From NCBI GenBank assembly GCA_046563655.1, contig CM102286.1:15066001-15130000 (forward strand): 64,000 nt of DNA. Direction: 5' to 3'. This stretch comes from Yuukianura sp. NJ FZ-2021 (lineage: Eukaryota). Below, piece by piece: positions 35,114 to 49,864 of the stretch. The translations under genes and the position numbers were made by a program. The first letter of the stretch is position 1, and each line of letters begins with the position of its first letter. A model generated the notes under the pieces. That model was given only the letters and a program-made list of their open reading frames with translations, made no database searches and had not been told where the DNA came from.

Positions 35114-36765
35114 CTTTCAGAGGTCAGAGGTCAAGGTCAAGAATTTAGATTAACCATTAGTCAGGTTATATTTTGAACTGAAGTAAGTGTAGATTTTGAA
35201 TAATTTGCATTACTAATCCAGAGTGAGGTTAATAATTTTTATGTGGAGCTTTAATACTAAATTACTAAAGTGGTATTACTAAAAAGTGGATAGTTTCATG
35301 AGGAAGTGAACTTTGGTTTATGGCGTTACTTTTTAAGTTCAATTGAAATCGTTTAACCCCAATCAAAAACCCATTACTAAATTTTCAATTTTTCAAGTGT
35401 TTGTCATAATTGGAGTCTCCAGACGGATACACTTGTGATTTTGATGAGGAAACTCTGAAGTTGGAACCAACATCAGAATCCTAGTTGACAACTCATCTCA
35501 TATTTTTTGGTTTAGAAAAGAGTGGAGCGTTGACCTGACCTTGAACAGAGGCTGACATGAGTGTTTATCATAAAAACTCAACTTGTGATATTTTCATGAT
35601 CTAAATGTCCATTTTTACTCCATGGGTCAAAGTCAAGGGATTCTAAATACACATGTCTATGCAGAGTTTAGAAATTTCAAAAAAGAGGAAAAAAAGTTAT
35701 GTTCCAGAATCTGTCAAAAAAAAAAAACTTAATATGTTCGAGACACGATCTGGAAGGATTTTTTGTAGACACGCCGAGTGGGTTTGATCCTGCGCTGTAA
35801 TTGCTATAATTTGGATCAGATCCAGTCCTTGGTATGTTTTCACTTTTGTTTGTGACGGGAGAGAGATTAGAGCTCCAGTTCTCGTGAAAATTACATCATA
35901 TCTTAAGCCTAAGACAAAGAGAAGCATACAAGCTTCACAGTGACAGTTGAAGGTCAAAGGTCAGTAAGGGAGAGGCAGCCTAGATCATCTTCTGATTGTG
36001 GTTATCTTTGGCCTTGCCCTCCTACTCTTCATGCATTGCATGTGAAAGCACACCAGGGTTCGAAACTCACTCGGTTTCGTATAAAGTCCGGGTAGAGGGT
36101 ACCCGTAACGGGTACCGGGGTATCGGCAAATAAATTTTCTGGGCAACAACAGAAAATTTGAAAAATAAATATTTAGATTTAAAAAAACATGTGAAAAACA
36201 TTTAATGTTTGTTAAATATTTTTGCTTAATTTTTCTTTAAATTAACTTCTTAGAATTAAAGCTGCAAATTAAATATTTGAATTTAAATTGATCGATCCAC
36301 TTGAAAATTTATCTGGACGGCACTTAACTTTCTATTTCCACTTGAAATCTATTGATTAAATTCTAACTTTTTTTATAGAAATTTTTGAAAATACTTAAAA
36401 AGAAGTATTGTAAACATGTTTTGAATGAGCCCGGCAGTTCATGACCCGTTACCGCTACCGTGGGTACTTGAGTGGGTAGTTCGGGCGGGTGTCGAGGTCT
36501 GGAGGGGACTGGCCAATGGCGTTTAATTTTAATTGAGCCACATTTGACTGAGACATTGAGCCACTTACCGCAGAAGATACAAAAAAGTGAGGCTGCCTGG
36601 ATTGAGCATTCAGACGACGAGAGAGAGTCAGAGGAGAGTCACGCACTGCTGAACTTGCCGTTTTTCAATTCAAGTGAGACACTTTTTAAAAAAAAAATCA
36701 AAAAAATCTGTCACAGACCTTGAAACTTTGAAATTCACAACTAATTGAAGTTTTTTTTTGTCTAG

Positions 36766-38467
<1,702 letters not shown>

Positions 38468-38618
38468 CTAAATCAACTCTCCATCTCTACTCTTCATCAT
38501 TTTATTTCACATTCGGCAAAATAAAAACAAAATTTTTAAAATTAGAATTACTTTTTATTACTTCTTTGGAAAAAAAATTGAAAAAAAGACAAAAACTGTA
38601 ATTTTTTTGTAAATTCGT

Positions 38619-39289
38619 TTATCCATAAGTGAAGAAGGGTAGTTTGAATCCACCATTTCCATTATTGTTGTTACCAAACAAGCTGGTCAAGTTGAAAACT
38701 AAATAATTATAAAATATAATTATATTATTATAATTTATAAAAATTGTTTAAGTTATTATATTTTAATCCTGAACTCACTTCGACCCCCATCTGCTGGATC
38801 AACAGGCATGTCCTTGGTCAGCTTCACATTTTGACCTTGACCTGTACCGTCCTCCTCCGCCTGAAAATCAAAACGAAAATTTTTTACTTTCGATTTTGAG
38901 AATTTCAAAATTTTGAAAATGCTGAAAATTTTGAAATGCGACTTACAATTGCGGAAGTTAGCGACAGGAGAGTGCCTATGAAGCCAATGACCACGAGACA
39001 ACTGACCAAATCTGCTTGGAATCTGCGCATGATTTTTTCTCGGTACAAGAAAATCGGAATTTAGTTGGAATTTCAAACTTTGAAAGCAGAAAGTGCTGTG
39101 CTGAAAAGTTCCCGCTCAAGCGTCATTTTAAGCAAAATTTGAAGGTTACACAGATTGGTTACTTGCTGGCGGGAGATACAAAACCGCAAATTTACATTCT
39201 ACACGCGGAAATTCCAAGGTAAAGGTAAGCAAATACCACTTGTGCCATTGCATTGACTTACTGGTTAAACACAACTGTCTACTTTCCAT
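38619..39289 (-). CDS. Small secreted peptide precursor (84 aa, 4 exons), reconstructed by eye
   Basis: Exons 39289-39262, 39011-38947, 38860-38779, 38698-38619 joined at GT-AG sites with consistent phases give MESRQLCLTNLVSCLVVIGFIGTLLSLTSAIAEEDGTGQGQNVKLTKDMPVDPADGGRIFNLTSLFGNNNNGNGGFKLPFFTYG*. Confidence 0.6.
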
Positions 39290-39649
39290 TTGAAACAAGG
39301 AAATCCAAAATTTCGAAATTTTGAAACTGAAAAACGAAAAAGAACATTTTAAGAAATTTTATAAATGTAGGAATGCGAGTTGAATTTTTGCCCATATGTG
39401 GGTGATTTTTTAAAAGTGGGTGTCGTGTGGGAAGCTGATACACAAACTCACAAATTATCACATGATTTTTTGTGTGTATAAAAACATGTGCTATTGTTTA
39501 CTACCGAAAGTCTAAAGTTAATTAATTAGTTAATTGATTGGCAATTAGTTAATTATCGTTAGTTAAAGATGCAGGTAGTTTTGGTTAAGGAGGAAGGGAT
39601 GGAGTGGGGTGACCAAGGTCATGAAGAAGAGCAATTTAAACTAATTAAG

Positions 39650-40803
39650 ATGGAGAAAGTGACGAACACTTCTGACCACACGAACCATGCAGAGTTCCCG
39701 ATGACCTTCTTCCGCTCAGTGTCATGTCAAACGGGACTCTTGACCTGTCCGCATGGTTCCGTCAAGTTATTCCAAGGTAACATTAATCGATTAATTTATG
39801 TGGTTCTTTACTGGGTGCTAATGTTAATGTTACTGTGATTTGCAGGGGATACTTGCGTAGTTGCAGCAGTATTTGGACCAACAGAAGTTCGGATGTCGAA
39901 GGAAGTTCCTCATCGAGGGGCGGTGGACGTTTTGTACAGGCCGAAGGTGACCGGCATGTCACAGCTCGCTTCTCCAGTCATGGGTAAACGTCGTTCGAAA
40001 AACGTTGATCCTCTGTAGTTAATGAAAACATGTACATTTGATAATTGACATTGTCAAAAATTTCAGATCCTATACTTGGTGAAAGGACAATGGAGAGCAT
40101 CTTGATCTCAATCTTTGAGTCGTCAATTCATCTGGAAGATATCGTTGGTCTGGGCTACAGCATCATTCTTCATGAATTCGAAGACGATGGAAACGTAACG
40201 TCAACGTCAGAGATATCCAATCCTGTTTCAAAGTTATAATCAGTTTCTTTTCTCATTTTAGCTTCTGAGTGCATGTGTCAATGCCACAACGATTGCCCTT
40301 CTGGACGGTGGCTGCTCACTTCGTCACCCGGTTGCTGCCGTTACGCTGATTCTAACAAAAGACGACAAACCTACGCTGATTGTGGATCCTTCATCTACCC
40401 AACTCAAAAAAGTTAGACTGCCCACGAAACGAACTAGCTTTGTATTTTGAACGTTGGAGCTTAAAGTTGAATAATTGATTGATTCATTTCACAGGGTTAC
40501 AAAGCCATCTTTACTTATGCGATATCCAATGGGATGGAGATCCTCTATGCCAATGTACTGGGCCATGTTAGTCCTGAAGTTCTAAAACTTGTTCAAACGA
40601 AGGCCTGTGAAGCAGCCAAAGAAATGTTCAACTTCTTTCATTTCCTGGCATTGAAAAAATCCAGGAATCCAGTCACCGGGTATCACCGGTCCATCCCCAC
40701 TTCCTTCAAAATGGACATTAAGACTGAACCGATGGACATAAAGCAGGAAGTGGACGACTATTCAGCAGAAGACGGAGAACTGACAAACGAAAGTGACGAT
40801 TAA
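39650..40803 (+). CDS. EXOSC5: Exosome complex component RRP46 (RNase PH fold), multi-exon; start uncertain
   Basis: GLLTCPHGSVKLFQG|DTCVVAAVFGPTEVR...VDVLYRPK, EDDGN, CVNATTIALLDGG. Confidence 0.8.
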
Positions 40804-41122
40804 TCCATTAATCCATCCTATTTTTCCAAGTTTCGACTATTTAAGGGTATGACATTATTTAAGAATTCTGAATAAAAAGTAACATTCTGGTTAGGAGTGA
40901 GTTTTGAGGTCAACCAAGGTCAAGTCATAAAAAAGTGTAGTGATTTTATTGTGTTTTATTACTTGCCCACGCACATGTAAGGTGATGAGCATTTCCTCGT
41001 GACGTGGCGCGTAGGCGTAAGTGGTGTTTGAATCTTCAGCTGATTTAGTTGCTCACTTTTCAATTAACTTTTAGCAATCGGTGGCGATTTTCCAGGATTA
41101 AGATTAATCAATTGATTTCACG

Positions 41123-41628
41123 ATGTCGTCCGCAGTGTATCTTCGGTCCATGGCCTTCTTCGAGCGATTCGTTCCACAGAAAATGATGCCGCTCTGGAAA
41201 CATCCTGCTGGTAAGCCTAACTTAACATTTAATTTAATTACAAATCAAAATCGATCAAGTGTCGTTTGTTATCTAGGTCCACAAACAGTATTCTTCTGGT
41301 CACCTTTGTTCAAATGGGTAAATAATTAAAAAACTAAGCAATTAAGTGCAGTTTTGGGCATAATTTATGAAGTAGTTGTCGTAAATTTTGTTTGTAGGGA
41401 TTGGTAATGGCTGGAATCGGAGACTTGCAGCGACCGGCAGACAAGATCAGTATACCGCAGACAGGGGCATTGACAGCAACTGGATGCATTTGGGCCAGAT
41501 ACTCCCTCGTCATCATTCCTAAGAACTGGGCGCTGTTCTCCGTCAATGTCTTTGTGGCTCTCACTGGACTCTACTCTCTACAGAGAGCAATTAGATACCA
41601 ACATCAACAGAAACAACTCAACAACTAG
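41123..41628 (+). CDS. MPC2: Mitochondrial pyruvate carrier 2, 3 exons
   Basis: LWKHPAGPQTVFFWSPLFKWGLVMAGIGDLQRPADKIS...ALTATGCIWARYSLVIIPKNWALFSVN. Confidence 0.95.
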
Positions 41629-42681
41629 AACTTCAACAATTAATAGCTCCACTACAATCCATTTAGAACTGAGTACCTGTGTTCTATTAAAAATTTAGTC
41701 AATGTACGCACAAGGTTGTGAAGTTACAACTTATGGCCACGTTTCAGGATTTTTTAGGCAAATATCAAAACATCAACTCATCCGACTCCGTAAAAACGAT
41801 TAAAATCCGACTCTACTAAAATGCTCTTCGTTTGAAATTATGAATTTAGAATTTTTATCGTAATGGTGACAGCAGGGAGGATGATTCGTTTACTCAATTT
41901 GAAAATTGTGGTAGAAATACAGGGACTGACTAATCCGCTGAGCCGCGGATTATGGTCAATTCGTGTACAATGCATAGAATTAACGAACTTCTGAAATAAA
42001 AATGTTCATCTTTTCGCTTGTTTCTAATTTTGTATTGTGAATATTTTGAATTGCTTTAGATTGTTTTGTCCTCTGTGTGTCAAAGGTCACTTGGACTCCC
42101 AACAACTTTCAATTTATTTTGCTTAACTCTGACTCATTTTCCTTTTATTTTGGACCTCTCTTTTCGCACTGTCCTCATTTTTTGCTGGTGCAGAGAGATC
42201 AATTTTTGGGGTTTCTGCGTAGATTTGTGTAGATATATGCTTAAGCTTCGGCAGATTAGTTCCAGTTCCTTTGACTCTATGTTACTCCCACCCCAACTTC
42301 CGTTACGCTTCTAGCTTTCAGCATCAGCACAAAAAACTTTGCAAAAAAAAGTTTGCAAAAACATCTCACATCTGCAATGCTAAAAGGAATAAAGTGCCGT
42401 TGAGAGGAAGAAGTCAACGCAGAGAGCCTTCTGGGTGTGTCCAGTCGCCTAACAGAACTCAAGCCAAACATTCCCTCCACATTCCATCCCATAGACAATA
42501 CAATCTTTTCTAAAACTTATTTCAAAACACTATTTTTCAAAAAGGTAAGCTGAAACGCTTCAAATTTTGGTCAAAGTTGAAAACAAAGTTGAAAGTTTAA
42601 CAAAAATTGAATTCGAATGTGAAGTTTAAAAAAAACGGTTGAAAATGATTTTTGGTTGTTTTAGGATCAAGTATTTTGGAA

Positions 42682-43128
42682 ATGGCGCCTATCGGAATGC
42701 TGGCAACGTTGATCCTGGCGGTATCCGTCACTCTGGCGATTGGTGGAACCCCTGCTCCGGGGTTTCCATGTGCAAAACCGGAAGAGTGCAATCCCACCAC
42801 CACTCGGATGGTTTGCAAGGGGAGAGATGGGGTTCGCACTTGCAATTGCGACGGGTTCAAGGCGGGGAACAGCCCCAAGGTCACGCCCACCGAACCCCAC
42901 TTTGAGGGGGGCAAATGTGTGGTCAAGGAGGGGGATCACTGCGAGGTCAAGGTCAAAGGTTGGCTCCCTCCCCCCATCGACTGCCAACCTACAACTGTTT
43001 GTGAGGTCAAAGAGGGGGAAACTGAGATTGGGATTTGCACAAAGGGGGGGTCAGGTCAAGGTCAATCCACAAATGCCCCCCTTCTGGCAATTCTCACCGC
43101 CATCGTGGCTCTGCTTCTCAAACAATAG
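42682..43128 (+). CDS. Secreted, Cys-rich, probably GPI-anchored protein (148 aa)
   Basis: Signal peptide MAPIGMLATLILAVSVTLA, 10 Cys including CxC, Gly/Ser spacer and hydrophobic C-terminus (PLLAILTAIVALLL). Confidence 0.75.
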   Translation: MAPIGMLATLILAVSVTLAIGGTPAPGFPCAKPEECNPTTTRMVCKGRDGVRTCNCDGFKAGNSPKVTPTEPHFEGGKCVVKEGDHCEVKVKGWLPPPIDCQPTTVCEVKEGETEIGICTKGGSGQGQSTNAPLLAILTAIVALLLKQ

Positions 43129-43144
43129 ATTTTGCCTTCAAATG

Positions 43145-43371
43145 CAAGGTTCGTTGGCAACCGAAGTGTATTCCTATAACAGGTTGTCCAATAACTCTGG
43201 ATTTTCAAAAATCTTGCCAAAATCATCCCCCCCCCATTTCCATTATCCAACACATAAATAAGTAGAAAGTAACGGGAGAAAAAATTTTGCGAATTTTTTA
43301 ACAATTCTTAAAACATTGAGTTATTGGACAACCTGGTGTAGAAACAACTTTTTGTTTGTTGACGAACCTTG
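43145..43371. mobile_element. MITE of the same family as 3394-3617, opposite orientation
   Basis: caaggttcgt/acgaaccttg ends, the same inner inverted repeat, flanking direct repeat cttcaaatg. Confidence 0.8.
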
Positions 43372-43775
43372 CTTCAAATGCTTCAAAACCAAAGGTAGGC
43401 AGGAAATTTTGACCACAGTGGAAACTTGCGTACAAAACTGTTGAATAGTTAACAAAACTTGTGTTCTATTTTGGCAGCTTTTTTAAAAAGTTTAGCTTTT
43501 AAAAAGTTTCTGTGCTTTCAAATGATTGTTCAAATTTAGCATAAATATTTGCAAAAGTTGTTTTAAACATCTTAGACCGTAAAGATTTAGATGATCTCTC
43601 TACTGTGAACAATAAATGCTTTTTCACAACAAATTGTCGGGAAATCAAAAATTTCATTGTAAATGGAGTTTCGGAAAATTATGGATGCAATATCAGTTAA
43701 ATTCAAAACGACTTCTTGTTTGTACAAAAGTATCACTTTTTAACAAACCTTTTTTAATGGAATAGAAGTGAAGCT

Positions 43776-45011
43776 TTAAAGTTCTGTTTTCGTTTCGGAT
43801 CCGGTTTCGAAACACGGTATTTCGACATGAAAGTTCGGATCGAACCCCAGTTCGTTGAGGTGTTCCAGAATTTGGCGTTTGACTTGAGCGGAAAGAGGGT
43901 TTGTATTTGGCGTCCAAACCAAAAAGGCCCCTTCGTCGTCATCCCAACATGTCACCCCAGCCACAAAATTCTTGTTGTCCGTCAACGTCACGACATGCGT
44001 CGCACTCCTAGCTGTCCAAATGTCAACATGAACTGGTTGCTTGGTAACCAACTGACAAGGTTGCTATAGCACCCATTTATACAAATTCGCTAACAGGTTA
44101 TGCCATATCTCACTTTTAAAATAAAATACGAAAAGAAAAACAACTTTTGTATGAATTTTGTCCAAATCCCATTTGGCTTACATCGCGGGAGCATAGAGTT
44201 GTCAAGAGGATTTTCGATTTTTTTCTCTATTTAACTAGAAATAGAAAAAATAATTTTTGCTAATAATTACAATAATTATTAGAATTAATTATTATTAATT
44301 ATTATTAATTATTATTAATTATTATTAATTATTATTAATTATTATTAATTATTATTAATTATTATTAATTATTATTGTATTAGTTAAATAAAAAAAATGG
44401 AAAATCCCTGCACAACTCTATGGGCGCTGGGTCAACAATACAAACACTTTCTTTAAAAAGAAACAGGAGTTATGGCATAACCTGTTAAGGAAAAACAGAA
44501 TTTAGATTTAAGCAACCTTGCCAAATGAGCTGGAGGTCAACGACCCCATTTTCTTACAGTATTTGCTGTGTCCTTTAACAGTAAAGACAAGGTCATGGCC
44601 TCGGGCAACGTCTGCATACTTGGTTCTTGCTCTGTCGTACTTTCCTACCGTTTTGGAACCAAAACCGATGGCATTGTAATCCTTATCTAAATGAGGACAG
44701 GACTCCTTGAGAACCGACTCCGGAATGTCGCCAACTTGTCGCTCTAAGATGTCGCTTGCAAACCGAAACGCCTCCAGTCTACTGGACATCGGAAAGTACC
44801 AGTGCTTTACACTTGTAAACTCAAAATTCAAACCAAACACTTTACACAGAATTTTGAAAAAACTTGTAAAAAACTGCAGTTTTACCCATTCGAGGTCTAT
44901 GTTGTGATACGCTTTAGGGTGAAAGCAGCGACGCTCCTTGAGAGATTCTTCATCTACGCTACCAACTGAAACTGCAACGACGACAACACAGCATACAATC
45001 CGCAGGTCCAT
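43776..45011 (-). CDS. Secreted lipocalin-like protein, paralog A (3 exons)
   Basis: Signal peptide MDLRIVCCVVVVAVSVGS; CFHPKAYHNIDLEW...KHWY (SCR1-like); TDNKNFVAGVTCW (TDY-like SCR2); C-terminal helix ending LGFD...C. Confidence 0.6.
44093..44485. mobile_element. MITE in an intron, with nested inverted repeat and central (TTAATTATTA)n array
   Basis: TIR acaggttatgccata/tatggcataacctgt flanked by TA; inner pair catagagttgt/acaactctatg; 10-bp tandem array at about 44285-44375. Confidence 0.65.
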
Positions 45012-45435
45012 TTCGTTTTTCAAATTGAAGTCAAATTCAAAATTTGAAGAAAATTGTAAATTTTCAAAATTTTGAACCTGATCAGCGCGTAATTTGTAGA
45101 GTCTTGATGACCGTTCGTCTTGAAACTGAGAGATTCTTACGTTACTCAAAAGTCCGCATCAAATTGAGGCAACACAGATGTTGAAAACACAACAAATGGA
45201 GGAAATATTTTTTTACTACAGAGAAAAGTCAAAGTCCAGAACTAAAAAAAAACTACTTTTTGTGACATGACCTTGTAGAAATTATAATCACTTTAGCCTT
45301 GTATTTTCATCATGGAAGAATAACATTTGATGGAGTTTGGAAAAGTTGTTTAATAAATTTATGCAACTCCAACAAAAAAAAATAGGATTTTTTAGGAAAA
45401 CCTGTTTTGAATGGAATGGGAGTGAGGGGGCCTGG

Positions 45436-46478
45436 TCAAAGGTCGATTTTTGTTTCGGATTTTTGGAAACACGGCATGTAAGCACGAAATTTGGGATCGG
45501 ATCCCAGTTCGTCGAGATGCTGGTCAATTTGACCTTTGACCTCGGCTGGAAACGGGTTTGAAGTTGCCGACCACACGGCAAATGTCGCTTCGTCGTCGTC
45601 CCAGCATGTCACTCCAACTGCAAAGGTCTTGTTATCCGCCAAGGTCACGACATGCGTCCCACCAATAGCTGTCCAAATGGAAACAATCTGGTTAATAACC
45701 AAGAGTGACCTGGAGGTCAATGACCTCTCAGAGTGCTCGCTCAAGGTGAAAACCGGGTGGGAAATATTGTGGTAAAAACCGCTAAAATTTTTGGCTAAAA
45801 CCGGGAAATATTAATTCTGGACTTGTAAGAAATCAGATAATTTACAGAGAAAAAATTAATAGGAAAAAAATATATAATTAACAGGGGAAAAATTTCGGCT
45901 TATTTTCGCCAAAACTGCATTTCCGTTTTGCCGAATTTGTTGTAAAATTTCCCTATTTTGCCCGGTTTTTACCATGTTCTTCCCACTGCCCGGGAAAAAA
46001 CGACGGCATCCGGGAAATACCGAACTCTGACTTGTTCTTACCGTATTTGCTTTGTCCTTTGAAAGTGAACACAAAGTCCTTGCCGAGTGTGATGTCGTAC
46101 TTTCCGACCGTGTCGAATCCGAAACCGTGGGAATTGAACTTGGCGTCACTATAAGGGCAGGATTCTTTAAGAACCGACTCAGGAATGTCGCTCACTTTCC
46201 GTTCTGAAATGTCACTTGCATATCGAAATGCTTCCAGTCTACTCAGCATTGGGAAGTACCATTGTTTCACACTCCCAAACTCAAAATCCAAAAATATTTA
46301 CAAACATTTTGTTCAAAATTTCAAAAAAAGTTTAATAAAATTGAAGTTTTACCCATTCGAGGTCCAGGTTGGGATACGGTTTAGGGTGGATGCAGCGACG
46401 TTCCTTGAGCGACTCTTCTTCTACGCCACCAACTGAAACGGCAGCCAACACAACAAAGCACACAATCCATAGCCTCAT
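45436..46478 (-). CDS. Secreted lipocalin-like protein, paralog B (3 exons)
   Basis: Tandem duplicate of 43776-45011 (WYFPMxSRLEAFR, DIPESVLKESCP, GVTCWDDDE) with the same intron positions. Confidence 0.6.
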
Positions 46479-47405
46479 TTTTTTTTCAAATTGAGGTCAA
46501 ATTCAAAATTTAAGCCGAAATTTTTGGAAAATTGGCAATTTAAACACCCCTCTTCCAATATTTTTCAAAATTTTGACCTTGTCAGCAGTAGTTTAGGTGT
46601 AGTATCCCGGCGACCGTTCTGTTTTCAACAGAACCCGATTCTCTTCATTCTCTCAGAAAAAGGCAATCATTGCCTCAAAAAATTTTTCAAAAACAGGTTT
46701 TTGGTAATAGGCAACCAAAAAAGTTTCAAAAACAGGCTACTGGAAAAACAAATTAAACTTTCCTTCAAACTTTTACTTTAATTAAAAGATCTTGAATAGA
46801 ACCATCTTTGTTTGCAGACTAAAAACGAGTTTGGTAAAGAAAAAATAGAGTTGATGTTTTCTGGGAATTTTGATATTTTTTTTTTGGCTTGTGAATTTTA
46901 AAAATGTCTCCTCATTTTGTTAATTATTTACTAAGAATTGCCCTTCAATTGTTTTTATCCCTTGACCCTGCCCTTCACTGGTCATAAAAATATTTTTCAA
47001 GGCTCATCCGTGAACTTTTCAGTCTCTAAATTTTGAAAATCGTCAAAATTTCAAGGAAATGGAAATATTCTGATGGATTTTTAGGTCACATGACAAAAAT
47101 TGTAAACCTTGAATCCGCCAGTTTCCTAGCAGAATTTGCATTAATCCACGCCTCTTTTCTTTGTTTCATGGGATAATCTGGATGAAAAATCTTAGTTTTT
47201 CTGAAAAAAAAAAAGCAGAAATTGAATTCACTTTGGAAAATTAGGGTCAAAATGACTCAAAAAAACGTCTAATTATGCCTTAGTGATAAAATTCGTTAGG
47301 TTCATGTGAAAAAGATAAAATCCCGGATGCAGTATAAAACTGCGCAGTGGGATTTTCTACTCGGCAGTCGTCGGAATTCCTTCGTGAGTAACTTTAACTG
47401 TCGGC

Positions 47406-49475
47406 ATGAGTGTCTCTCTGGTCATTCCTTTTGTCTTTGTTTTCACTCTCTACCTCCATCTCTGGAAAAGTTGGCGCCAAGGATTCAAAATTGAGCCCCC
47501 AGGTGAGAAAATTCAAAATTTTGGAAATTAGTGATTTGGAATTTTCTGGAAAACCTAATTCGAACAGCTGTGGCGTTTGAGATGGTGTAGGAAGGAGCGG
47601 GTAGCTCAAGAGTTAGAGCTCTTACTGGATTGAAAAGACGTGGGTTCGGATCTCACTCCGTTGAAGTATTTTTTTCACACTCTCTTTCTCTAAATAACTT
47701 TATGTGGTAGGTCCACCAGAGTGGCCTGTGATTGGTAACTTGATAGAGTTTCGAAAGAATCCGCTTGAGGCGCTGACAAAATGGCGCCGTGAGTACGGGG
47801 ACATTGTGAAACTAAAGCTTGGTTCCTACTCCGTTCTTTTGCTGAGCAGCGAAGAGTTACTCAAAGAGGCTTTTCAAAATGAGCAATTCAACGCTCGAGC
47901 CATTTGGAGACCAACAGTCGTCTTCTCGGGTGGAGTAGGTCAAGGTAGCTCAAACTAAAATTAAGTTAACTAAAATACCAAAAATTGTTTTTTTTTTAAT
48001 TTTTCCAGAAACATTTAAAAACCTCCAATTTTTCGTTTTTTTTTTTCAGGAACTTTGACCTCGACGAGTCACGAGCAGTGGAGCGAAGTTCGGAAGTTTA
48101 CGTTGCGAGGTCTCAGCATCGTCGGTTTCGGTCGACGTTCGTCGGAAGACGACTTTTTACAGAACGTGAAAGTGACGGTGGACCAACTAAAATCGACGAT
48201 TGGCGCGACCTGTCTGCACGACGCTTTAATTGAACCAGCAGCGAAGTACATTTGGCACTTGATCAACGGAACAACACTTTCTCCAGAAGAGTCACTCAAG
48301 GTCACCAAATCACTCACACTTTTCAGAGAGTAGGTCAATTTAAAAAAATCAAAATTTTGAAAAATAAAATTTCATAAATTCAAAATTTTGAAATTTTGAA
48401 TCTCTTCCTCAGCACTTGGTTCCTGCCAATGGGGAGCATTCTGTGGATGATTCCAGCCATCGTGGATTGGTTTCCAGCGTGGTGTGGATTCACGGCGCTG
48501 AAAAACGCGGCGAACAAAATTCACGCCATGATGGGAAAAGCAGTGAGTGACTCCAAGCAGGCAAATCTGGACATTCAAAAAGAAGATGTCAACATGTCCA
48601 AAACTTTTGTACAAGTTTGTCGGTCTTACATTTGGAACAATCGCACGAATGAGCGCTCCACTTTTTATGGCGACGGAGGAGGTTTTATATAAATTATTCT
48701 ATTAATCTAATTTATTAGATTTTAGTTTGTTTTATTTAATTTGGTAGAAACAAACGCAATGGGGACTCTGTTTAACATTTTTGTGACGGGAGCCATCACG
48801 CATGCCAATTCACTCAACTGGGCCTGCGCATACATTGCTGCCCGTCCACAACTCCAGAAAAAGTTGCACGACGAAATCGTGGAGGTCATGGGCCCTGCGT
48901 GTAGTCGCGACGTCAAGCTCACCGACATGCAAAGGTCAAAAGGTCATTGACCTTTAAAAAATTTGGGGTCAAAGTTCAAAATTTTGAATTTTCAATTTCA
49001 ATTTTGATTTTTTCTTAAATTCAGAATGCCATACACGATTGCCTTCATGAAAGAAGTTTTCCGAATGTCTTCTTCGGCCCCATTTGCAAACTTCCATGAA
49101 ACGTGTGAAGAAGTATTTTTCCATGGCTACTGGATTCCGAAAGGAACCGTCGTCATTGGGAACCTGTACGGAGAGAACCACGACGAATCGGTATGGGGCG
49201 ATCCGGAACGGTTTCGACCGGAACGGTTTCTGGAGCAAGGTCCGATACCACCGGTACTCTCTTTCTCTGTTGGACTCAGAACTTGTCCAGGTCAAGTATT
49301 TGCCAGGAACTCCTTCTTCCTCTGCTTAGTCACACTTTTACAAAATTTCAAAATCACCTTTGACCCCGCCTCACATCCAGTTCCTCCCACAGAAAAAGAC
49401 ATCAGTACTCAGTCACTCGTGTCACTTTTTAGATTTGCTAAACCCTACAAATACTGCCTGGAGGAACGAAGGTGA
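47406..49475 (+). CDS. Cytochrome P450, probably CYP2 clan, about 6 exons
   Basis: N-terminal anchor, PPGPPEWPVIGNL, WSEVRKF, KEVFR (ExxR), PERFRPERF, heme motif FSVGLRTCPG. Confidence 0.93.
47595..47662 (+). pseudogene. tRNA-like element in P450 intron 1, related to 37302-37373
   Basis: tagctcaagagttagag ... gacgtgggttcggatctcactc, followed by the same kind of tatttttt..actctc tail. Confidence 0.6.
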
Positions 49476-49602
49476 AAGGTCATTGACCCCACTTGACCTG
49501 CCAATGCTCAATATCAACACTACTCTTTTTTTTTAAATGGACTGTAAATTTTATTACAACTGAAATATTAAAATTTGTATTTTCTGTAAATAGAACGATT
49601 CT

Positions 49603-49848
49603 TAAGTAGCGAAAGTAGTTTTCTGCTTTATGTTTTTCGCATTGTCCGTCTGTCTGTCTACGAGTCACAATAACTCCGGAACCGCTGTATAGATTTTCAA
49701 TTTGTTTTCACTTATCGATGCCTCATTGTGAGATTTCTATTGTAACGAGAAATGCAAAATTTCCGGGTCAACGGTCAATGTCAAATACTTTTTTTTAATG
49801 AAATCGTAAAACTATGATACACAAAAGTTGTTCACTATTCGCTACTTA
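49603..49848 (+). mobile_element. DINE-1/Helentron-like non-autonomous element
   Basis: Sub-terminal inverted repeat taagtagcgaa/ttcgctactta with a tgtccgtctgtctgtc microsatellite near the 5' end. Confidence 0.55.
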
Positions 49849-49864
49849 CATACGGCGTTTTATT

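Noticed and set aside
36054..36501. Degenerate MITE with GC-rich ends sharing gtaacgggt
   Set aside because: Terminal repeats are too mismatched and no target duplication is visible.
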